Below are positions 1-7,110 of a stretch of DNA of 14,678 nt, piece by piece. This DNA is from Octopus sinensis (lineage: Eukaryota). Position 1 is the stretch's first letter, and each line of letters begins with the position of its first letter. The DNA lies in NCBI RefSeq assembly GCF_006345805.1, contig NW_021825730.1:1-14678 (forward strand). The letters run 5' to 3'. Below the pieces are notes generated by a model that was not told the origin of the DNA, made no database searches, and was given only the letters and a program-made list of their open reading frames with translations. A program made the position numbers and the translations under genes.

Positions 1-147
1 CGTCGGTTGATCGGGGAATTACTTTACTGTTTCTCGGCCGAGAAGCTAGAAAAATGGGTATATCATATAGAAGAATAGCTTTACGGAATCCAGTTGACTG
101 CAATGACACTGAAAGGGCTGCAGGTCAAGTGGAACATCACTGTTCAT

Positions 148-379
148 ATAGGAAAAGCATTGCAGGTCGTGCGTTTGTTTGGGGTTCGTTTTTTGACGGT
201 CTTTTTTAGTAGACATTTTTTTTATTATTAATGTCAGTAAGTAGTGGCGAAATGAAATTACAAATGTTGTGTCAGTGCACAGCTAACGTTGTGCTATTGC
301 ATAATTTTTGTTGAAACAAACTAAAGAATAGCATAATAAGAGTTATAAGAAAAGTATTGCACGTCGTGCGTTTGTTTGG
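148..379. repeat. Imperfect 35-bp direct repeat (148-182 and 345-379), 197 bp apart
   Basis: ataggaaaagcattgcaggtcgtgcgtttgtttgg vs ataagaaaagtattgcacgtcgtgcgtttgtttgg; 32/35 identical by hand. Confidence 0.85.
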
Positions 380-388
380 TTGTTTGTT

Positions 389-589
389 TGTTTGGCCCTG
401 ACTTTTATTAATGCTCATGGCAAAAGAAAATGGGACAGGAAACTATAAGGGTTTAAATTTGAATGGGACATTAGATGGTATAACTGGTATGCGAGGAACG
501 AAGACGGTGTCACGTTTACCACAACCAGTGAGAATATTTGCCTCAATGCAGTTCGTTATAAGTTTGTGCACAATTAGTGTTGCGTTCCT
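389..589 (-). pseudogene. Helitron RepHel (PIF1-like SF1 helicase) C-terminal fragment with in-frame stop
   Basis: Minus-strand translation RNATLIVHKLITNCIEANILTGCGKRDTVFVPRIPVIPSNVPFKFKPL*FPVPFSFAMSINKSQGQT matches the Helitron/PIF1 pattern NGTRL..K.L..N.IEA.ILTG.......FIPRI.LIP...PF.F.R.QFP..L.FAMTINKSQGQT. The stop is at 443-445, where Q is expected. Confidence 0.88.
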
Positions 590-652
590 TGAACCCTTTA
601 CTTTCATTTTTATAGGACAAACAAACACACAAATGGACAGAATCTGTCTTTT

Positions 653-712
653 ACACACACACACACACGCACACACATGTATATATAAAATATATATATA
701 TATATATATATA
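653..712. repeat. Compound (AC)n/(AT)n microsatellite
   Basis: Read directly from the sequence. Confidence 0.95.
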
Positions 713-1021
713 TTCGTTTATTGTCTGAAACAAGAGTATTTTAGTAACCTATCATAGTAGAGATTACAATAATTTTTCGTTTTGTCCATTGAATCAATCT
801 CTTAACTTCTAAGCAAGGACAAATATGAGAAAAATTATGAAGAGTTGCGCCGGTAGGAGCAGATTTATTTTTATTCAACCAGTTTACGACTTTGTGTACT
901 CACAGATGTAGCACATGGTAGTAACAGACTGATTCGGTCAAAATTATATACATATATATACGCACACATACATGTGTAGATACATACACAGACACACATA
1001 AGAAGAGAGAAAGACATAGAC

Positions 1022-1053
1022 AGAGAGGGGAGAGAGAGAGAGAGAGAGAGAGA
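1022..1053. repeat. (AG)n microsatellite
   Basis: Read directly from the sequence. Confidence 0.95.
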
Positions 1054-1421
1054 ATGCCCGATCGATAGAGAGTTAGTAGGAATGAAAACTGGTTGATCCA
1101 TAAATAGGTATGCAAATATATGCGTGAATACATAAATATTACAAAAGGACTATTTCAGAGTAGCAGCCTGTCTACGGTTCTGTTTATTTTGGCACTAAAG
1201 CCATTGTCATGTCTTTTAAAACAAACAGTTTAATGGTTAGAAAGTAGAAACACTAATGGAATCCATAATTTATTTCATAACGATCTACATTGAAAATATT
1301 TTCTATGCTGAGAAAGTAATTGTACTTATTAACAAGCTTTGCAGCTGATATAAGAACGGAATTTGACCAAATTCATGTGATAGTCCGACCCCCGGAGAAC
1401 AGTCTCTTTAACCCAAATTGT

Positions 1422-1810
1422 TTCATCATTGTCATTAGTGTTCTCTGCTCTCAGCAAGTTCAATATCAAGGATCTCCATTCGGCTATTTTTTCCAGCATT
1501 CTTACACATGACAGTTTTGTGCAGTCTGTGAAGTTATCAAACCAGTTTGTTCTAGGTTTATCCTCTCCAGCGTTTGCCATTCTTCTTTCCTTCTACTAAT
1601 CGCCTTGCTATGTGACGAAAGGACTTTAGCTGTCTTTCCTTTCTTTTTAATAATTCACAGAAATGATCTTTCGGTATTTCCTAGTTGTGGCACTTCTTTA
1701 GTTTTATATTTTCTCTAAGACATTCTCAACATTCTTCTATATGTCCACATTTCAAAATCTTTTATGCTTCTGGTATTCTTTATTTTCGAATATTCGCGAA
1801 CATAAAGTGA
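1422..1810 (-). mobile_element. Decayed 3' end of an RTE-clade LINE (RT C-terminal region plus short (TGA)-like tail)
   Basis: Frameshifted minus-strand translation IKDFEMWTYRRMLRMS* ... QLKSFRHIARRLVEGKKNGKRWRG / KPRTNWFDNFTDCTKLS ... WRSLILNLLRAENT matches the RTE C-terminal pattern AFEMW.YRRMLRISW ... QL.YFGHI.R ... EGK..GKR.RGRPR..W.D.I ... WR. It is followed by aatgacaatgatgaa. Confidence 0.82.
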
Positions 1811-1902
1811 TGGTATGTTGTCAACTGAATGGAACAGTCCAATAAAAGGGGAGAATGGTACTGCTATTTAGCCCTAGGTAACACCGTTTCCTATTGGCAT
1901 TG

Positions 1903-1950
<48 letters not shown>

Positions 1951-1976
1951 AATTACTTGGAAAAGGATATATATAT

Positions 1977-2158
1977 TGTCTTATTTGTTTCAGTCATTTG
2001 ACTGTGCCCGTGCTGGAGCACCGCCTTTAGTCGAACAAATCAACCCCAGAACTTATTCTTTGTTAGCCTAGTACTTATTCTATCGGTCTCTTTTACCGAA
2101 CCGCTGAGTTTCGGGGACGTAAACACACCAGCATCGGTTGTGAGGCGATGCTGGGGGA

Positions 2159-2198
<40 letters not shown>

Positions 2199-2391
2199 AC
2201 ACACACATATATATATATATATATACACGACGGGCTTCTTTCAGTTTCCGTCTACCAAATCCACTCACAAGGCTTTGGTCGGCCCGAGGCTATAGTAGAA
2301 GGCACTTGCCTAAGATGCCACGCAGTCGGACTGAACCCGGAACCGTGTGGTTGGTAAGCAAGCTACTTACCACGCAGCCACTCCTACGCCT
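1977..2391 (-). mobile_element. Full-length tRNA-derived SINE (octopus-type) with internal (AT)n/(GT)n tract
   Basis: Minus-strand head aggcgtaggagtggctgcgtggtaag...ggttcagtcc has A- and B-box-like motifs; internal microsatellite at 2159-2227; 3' body ends gtcaaatgactgaaacaaataa. Two further related copies occur in the window. Confidence 0.85.
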
Positions 2392-2413
2392 TTATGCATA
2401 TATACATATATAA

Positions 2414-2462
2414 ATTGTCACTGAAGTGGTCATCGATGTGTGACGAAAAATTTCAGGACAAT
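2414..2462 (+). ncRNA. Degenerate minimal type I hammerhead ribozyme motif
   Basis: attgtc-a-CTGAAGT-g-gtca-tcgatgtg-tgac-GAAA-aatt-TC-ag-gacaat: stem I attgtc/gacaat, stem II gtca/tgac, palindromic stem III AAATTT, UUC site. Core A9 is mutated to U. Confidence 0.55.
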
Positions 2463-2556
2463 GGACATGAGATAAAATAAGAACAGTAATAAACGAGTGA
2501 AGATCGAATACATAGTGCTTGTGTTTACGGAGCAAAAAGAGAATGACCCTCCTAAA

Positions 2557-2587
2557 ATATGATAAGATATATATATATAATATATAT

Positions 2588-2649
<62 letters not shown>

Positions 2650-2688
2650 TGTATGTATGTATGTATGTATGTATGTATATGTATGTTA
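2557..2688. repeat. (AT)n/(ATGT)n microsatellite
   Basis: Read directly from the sequence. Confidence 0.95.
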
Positions 2689-2789
2689 ATAGTAACAGTA
2701 TGACAACAAGAGAATGAAACAGACCTCGAAATTGTGTAAATAGAGGAATCTATCAGTAATATTATATGTGACATTTATTCGTTTACCAT

Positions 2790-2850
2790 GATAAAACTCC
2801 GAGTTTCGGATGTCGGGGCGGAAACCTGCACCGGCATCTCTTCAGTTATC
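2790..2850 (-). ncRNA. Type I hammerhead ribozyme motif (family B)
   Basis: Minus strand gataa-CTGAAGA-gatg-ccggtgcaggtttccgccccga-catc-c-GAAA-ct-cgg-a-GTT-ttatc: stem I gataa/ttatc, stem II gatg/catc with an extendable inner hairpin, stem III act/agt, GUU site at 2797-2795. One extra C precedes GAAA. Confidence 0.72.
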
Positions 2851-2894
2851 GAGGCAATCAAAAATATATATTATGTATGTATGTATGTATTATA

Positions 2895-3100
2895 TTCTTT
2901 TATTTTTTTCGGTTATTTGATTGTGGCCATGCTAGAGCACCGCCTTTAGTTGAACAAATCGACCCCAGAACTTATTCTTTGTAAGCCTAGTTCTTATTTT
3001 ATCGGTCCCTTTTGCCGCCGAACCGCTAGCTTACGGGGACGTAAACACACCGACATCGTTTGTCAAGCGATGGTAGGGGATAGACACCGACAAACATATA
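2895..3100 (-). mobile_element. SINE copy 2, 3' half
   Basis: Aligns to 1977-2160 (gcaccgcctttag..gaacaaatcgaccccagaacttattctttgtaagcctagt...) and ends in the internal microsatellite. Confidence 0.85.
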
Positions 3101-3103
3101 TAT

Positions 3104-3137
<34 letters not shown>

Positions 3138-3139
3138 CC

Positions 3140-3170
<31 letters not shown>

Positions 3171-3194
3171 TATATGTGTGTGTATATATATATA

Positions 3195-3228
<34 letters not shown>

Positions 3229-3353
3229 ATAGAACATAATAAGGAATGGCACTGATAGGCCGTTCGACTCACTAGAAAGAGCAGCCAAACTCAAACCGCT
3301 AAATAGTTGTAATTCTGAAATTGAAAGAGAAATAAAAACATTTACTCTTTTCA

Positions 3354-3446
3354 TCTCTGGACTATGCATAGTTTCGACAAACTTGTAAACAAATTAATTA
3401 AATTAAATTAAATTTATTTACAACTGGCGTGTCTCGTCAGCAGAGA
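3354..3446 (-). ncRNA. Type I hammerhead ribozyme, intact core, long stem II (family A, left copy)
   Basis: Minus strand tctctg-CTGACGA-gaca...tgtc-GAAA-ctatgcata-GTC-cagaga: 6-bp stem I, stem II gaca/tgtc extended by tgtaaataaatt/aatttgtttaca, 4-bp stem III with UGCA loop. Predicted cut between 3360 and 3359. Confidence 0.9.
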
Positions 3447-3520
3447 AGCCGAGAACGACAATATGTCCACAAGGCGACAGCAAGGAAGCCTCAAGCCTAT
3501 ATGCTCTAAATTTTCAAAAT

Positions 3521-4071
3521 CTTTTACTATCTTTTCTCTCTCACTAGACCGCTGGTAGCGGAGAATTTTTTCTATAATATTTTTGCTACCCTTATATTTA
3601 TTAATTAATGATTTTTTTTAGCTAATTTTGAAATTAAATCAGCAGTTTATATTTGCTGCTGAGAAGACCGCGCGGTGGCGGTGGATTTTGAAAATTTAGA
3701 GCATATTGGCTTGAGGCTTCCTTGCTGTCGCCTCGTGGACATATTCTCGTCCTCGGCTTCTCTGCTGACGAGATACGCCAGTTGTAAATAAATTTAATTT
3801 AATTTAAATAATTTGTTTACCAAAGTTTGTCGAAACTATGCATAGTCCAGAGATGAAAAGGCTAAATGTTTTTATTTCTCATTCAATTTCAGAATTACAA
3901 CTATTTAGCGGTTTGAGTGTGGCTGCTCTTTCTAGTGAGTCGAATGGCCTATCAGGGCCATTCCTTATATTGTTGAATGTATATTATATAGTCTTTGACT
4001 ATCTTTTCTTTCTCACTAGACCGCTGGTAGCGGAGAATTTTTTCTAGAATCGTTTTGCTTCCCTTATATTT
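3521..4071 (+). mobile_element. ~472-nt HHR-bearing monomer with 79-bp terminal redundancy (retrozyme-like or Penelope pLTR-like)
   Basis: 3521-3599 recurs at 3993-4071 (73/79 identical), bracketing a unit that contains the family A HHR. No ORF. Confidence 0.6.
3759..3853 (+). ncRNA. Type I hammerhead ribozyme, intact core, long stem II (family A, right copy)
   Basis: tctctg(3759-3764)-CTGACGA(3765-3771)-gata...tgtc-GAAA(3832-3835)-ctatgcata-GTC(3845-3847)-cagaga(3848-3853). Predicted cut after 3847. Confidence 0.9.
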
Positions 4072-4075
4072 TTTA

Positions 4076-4092
4076 ATATATACATATATATA

Positions 4093-4150
<58 letters not shown>
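4076..4150. repeat. (AT)n microsatellite
   Basis: Read directly from the sequence. Confidence 0.95.
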
Positions 4151-4411
4151 CTAAGCAATTAAGGGTTTAGCAACGAATTGCCTTACCGCACACGAATTTA
4201 GAAATAGCAGTCAAAGAGATTATAGCTATTTCTTCTACTAAAAGGGAGATCTCAGTAAAAACACAGCATTTGAAAGGCAAACACAAACAGGTAAGAGAGA
4301 ATGAATTGACGGCAATCTATCATACAGTTTTAAGTCACCTACGGACGTACGTTTTATATATATATATATATATGTATATATATAATATATATATACATAC
4401 ACACACACACA

Positions 4412-4565
4412 CAACGGGACTTTTTCAGGTTCCGTCTACCAAATCCATTCACAAGGCTTCGGCCGGCCCGAGGCTAAAGTAGAAGACACTTGCCCAAGGT
4501 TCCACGCAGTTAGACTGAACCCAGGACCATGTGGTTGGAAAGCAACCTGCTTACTACACAGCCAT
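4412..4565 (-). mobile_element. SINE copy 2, 5' (tRNA-derived) half
   Basis: Aligns to 2227-2381 (ttccgtctaccaaatcca.tcacaaggctt.gg.cggcccgaggcta.agtagaag.cacttgcc.aag...) and is preceded by the (AT)n(AC)n tract. Confidence 0.85.
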
Positions 4566-4640
4566 ATTTTTTTGTATTAAAGCTGCAGAAGCATCACAAA
4601 AATCTTTTACTCAGAGTTTTATTCCAGTCTTGGTCACAAC

Positions 4641-4680
4641 CGTCCGACGAATGGAAGCGTGAAACTCCGAGTAACAGATT
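4641..4680 (+). ncRNA. Degenerate hammerhead-like motif (CCGACGA core)
   Basis: cgt-CCGACGA-atg-gaag-cgt-GAAA-ct-ccg-a-GTA-acagatt: weak 3-bp stem II, stem III act/agt, GUA site, stem I mostly eroded. Confidence 0.45.
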
Positions 4681-5179
4681 TTTGTGATATTTTTACAGCT
4701 TTAATAATAAAGCATATTACTTTACCTTCGGTATTCGAGTACTTTAATTTGCATTTATGTGCTAACACTTGTACATACATATCGTTTTGTAGCGTATACT
4801 ACTCGCACAAACAAAACCCCGTCCAGCTGTCTTGAATAGTATTTCTAGAAAATGTTAATGTTACAATTTGCCTGTTATAAAGAATGAATCCCACTCGATT
4901 ATTAGACATTTGTTGGCTCATTTACACATGTAATTGTCACTGATCCAGCATTTTTATTTCATTATGATTTTTTGTGGGTGAGATTAACGGAATGTGAGAT
5001 TCAGAGGATTAAAAGAATAATGCTCCAGCTGAGAAAGAGGAAAATGACGTGAAGAAATGTATCTCTATTGAGTACATTCTCTCTCTCTCTCTCTCTCGTC
5101 TATAGATTCGAATACACATATATAAATATATCCCCACTGCCGAATGTATACATACATATATATGTACATCTTTATATGC

Positions 5180-5228
<49 letters not shown>

Positions 5229-5250
5229 GTATATACACAAACACACACAG

Positions 5251-5293
<43 letters not shown>

Positions 5294-5460
5294 CTTACTT
5301 GGAGAAGCGAAACGAAGAGAAACGACGCATGCGTTCGGTCATATAATAACAATATAATAAATAATAAAAATATTGCATATATACATACATATATGTACAT
5401 ACTTACATCTACATGTATATATACAAGCATATATATATATATATATATATAATATTATAT

Positions 5461-5845
5461 AAAGTTAATCCAACAAAAACAAAAAGTATTATTGGACGCT
5501 CAGGAAAGAAAGGAAGAAGGAGGGTTTGACGTTTCGAGCGGAGCTCTTCGTCGGAAACATAGGAGAAGGAAAGATCCCGAGAAGGGAAGACCGAGGGAAA
5601 AAAATCGCTAGTGATACAGACGAGGTCACATACTAAAAGGCGGAAGTGGTGAAAGTAGATGAAAATGTTTTTAAAAAACAGGAGAGCTATATCAAAGACG
5701 GAATGGTAAAGAAGGTGTGCGATGATGACAAGTGTGTGCGTGTGAGTGTGTGTATGGCGAACAACAGGCTAGTAGCAGGACAGTAGTAGAATTAAGGAGT
5801 GATGTGTGGGTACACTAGCAGGTCAAAATGGCAGGTCAAAAACAA
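5461..5845 (-). mobile_element. Probable Penelope-like element terminal (pLTR/UTR) fragment
   Basis: Non-coding segment bounded by microsatellites and carrying a minimal HHR of the Penelope-associated type. No RT or GIY-YIG sequence seen; boundaries are approximate. Confidence 0.4.
5524..5558 (-). ncRNA. Minimal hammerhead-like motif with palindromic ACGU stem III (Penelope-type), variant core CCGACGAA
   Basis: Minus strand gttt-CCGACGAA-gagc-tcc-gctc-GAAAC-GTC-aaac: stem I gttt/aaac, stem II gagc/gctc, GUC site at 5530-5528. Confidence 0.68.
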
Positions 5846-5850
5846 GAAGG

Positions 5851-6055
5851 TATGTGTGTGTGCGTGTATGTTAGTTGTGTGTGCGTGTATGTGTGCATTT
5901 GTATGTGTGTGTGTAAGCGTAAATGGATGTATATGCGTGTATCCGTGGGGCTGTGAGTTTTTTTCGCGCGTGTGCGTGCGTATGTGTGCGTATGTTTTGG
6001 TGTGCGTATGTATGTGTGTGTCTGTGCTTATATGTGTGTACGTATGTGTGTACGC
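5851..6055. repeat. Degenerate (GT)n/(GTAT)n low-complexity tract
   Basis: Read directly from the sequence. Confidence 0.9.
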
Positions 6056-6205
6056 ACTGAGCCGAACCAGGGACAGCTGATGAAGGGGAATTTTCCTTGT
6101 ATTGTTTGTCCTGTACTCTGCTTTTTCGTTGTTAAAAAAGTCCGTTTCCTTGTTTGATTTTGTTTTCGTTTCCCGTTCTACATTTATTTGTGGTGTCCTG
6201 TACTC

Positions 6206-6210
6206 ATATA

Positions 6211-6291
<81 letters not shown>

Positions 6292-6296
6292 TATAA
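6206..6296. repeat. (AT)n microsatellite
   Basis: Read directly from the sequence. Confidence 0.95.
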
Positions 6297-6297
6297 T

Positions 6298-6400
6298 CAG
6301 CCGAAATTGCGAAGATGATCTGGTTCTTTACTGATGACTGAGGGCTTCGAATGTCCCGTCCTGTGGTTCTTGTGTCGTCTCTTTGGTGTTTCATGTTCTT
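6298..6400 (+). repeat. Diverged relative of part of the ~700-bp tandem unit
   Basis: cagccgaaattgcgaagatgatctggttctttactgatgactgagggcttcgaatg aligns to cagccgaaatttgctatgatgattcggtgtctgactgaagattgaaggcttcgaatg (starting at 7570), with similarity continuing to tttca.gttc. Confidence 0.75.
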
Positions 6401-6435
6401 GTCCATGTCTGTATTTATTTTTTACTGTTTAACAC

Positions 6436-6635
6436 ACACCACACACACATATATATATATATAATATATATATTATATATATATATATATAATGCTTGTA
6501 TATATATATATATGCTTGTATATATATATATGTGCTTGTATATATACATGTAGATGTAGTATGTACATATATGTATGTATATATGCATATATTTTATGTA
6601 TTTATTATATTGTTATTATATATATATATATTATA

Positions 6636-6675
<40 letters not shown>

Positions 6676-6748
6676 AAAACATGTGTAAGAAAATAATAAA
6701 AGGAATTTTGTAGAATCTTCGTTCGGCTCCATTTCTTTTCCCCTTCAC

Positions 6749-6809
<61 letters not shown>

Positions 6810-6819
6810 TATATATATA

Positions 6820-6863
<44 letters not shown>

Positions 6864-6890
6864 TAGTATGTATGTATGTATGTATGTATA
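6436..6890. repeat. (AT)n-rich microsatellite block with a short unique interruption (~6677-6747)
   Basis: Read directly from the sequence. Confidence 0.9.
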
Positions 6891-7110
6891 TTCTTTTATT
6901 TGTTTCGGTTATTTGATTGAGGCCATGCTGGAGCACCGCCTTTAGTTGAACAAATCGACCCCAGAACTTATTCTTTGTAAGCCTAGTACTTATTTTATCG
7001 GGCCCTGTTGCCGAACCATTAACTTGCGGGGACGTAAACACACTGACATCCATTGTCAAGCGATGATGGGGGATAGACACCGACACACACACACACACAC
7101 ACACACACAC
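6891..7110 (-). mobile_element. SINE copy 3, 3' half ending in the internal (AC)n tract
   Basis: Aligns to 2895-3100 and 1977-2160. No tRNA head follows; the tandem array starts directly at 7111. Confidence 0.85.

Larger units (their letters stand above)
3233..3973. repeat. ~290-bp inverted repeat (arms 3233-3521 and 3684-3973, 162-bp spacer)
   Basis: Manual alignment of the reverse complement of the left arm to the right arm gives about 14 substitutions and one 2-nt indel (~95% identity). Confidence 0.95.

Noticed and set aside
31-49. 14-bp palindrome ttctcggccgagaa followed by gCTAG as the end of the Helitron
   Set aside because: The hairpin-then-CTAG order is on the plus strand, opposite to the minus-strand helicase fragment; a single short palindrome is expected by chance.
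4014-4047. Hairpin ccgct-ggt-agcgg flanked by CTAG as a Helitron 3' end
   Set aside because: Similarity between the two copies extends past CTAG on both sides, and the other copy has CTAT, so it does not behave as a terminus.
4150-4345. Segment sharing tagaaa.agcag.caaa with the HHR arm; possible further decayed HHR near 4295-4340
   Set aside because: The shared motif is only about 17 nt and no core nucleotides can be recovered from the sequence itself.
6071-6115. ggacag-CTGATGAA-ggggaattttcc... as a hammerhead
   Set aside because: It has the 5' core half, a hairpin and a possible stem I partner (ttgtcc), but no GAAA or stem III. At most a remnant.
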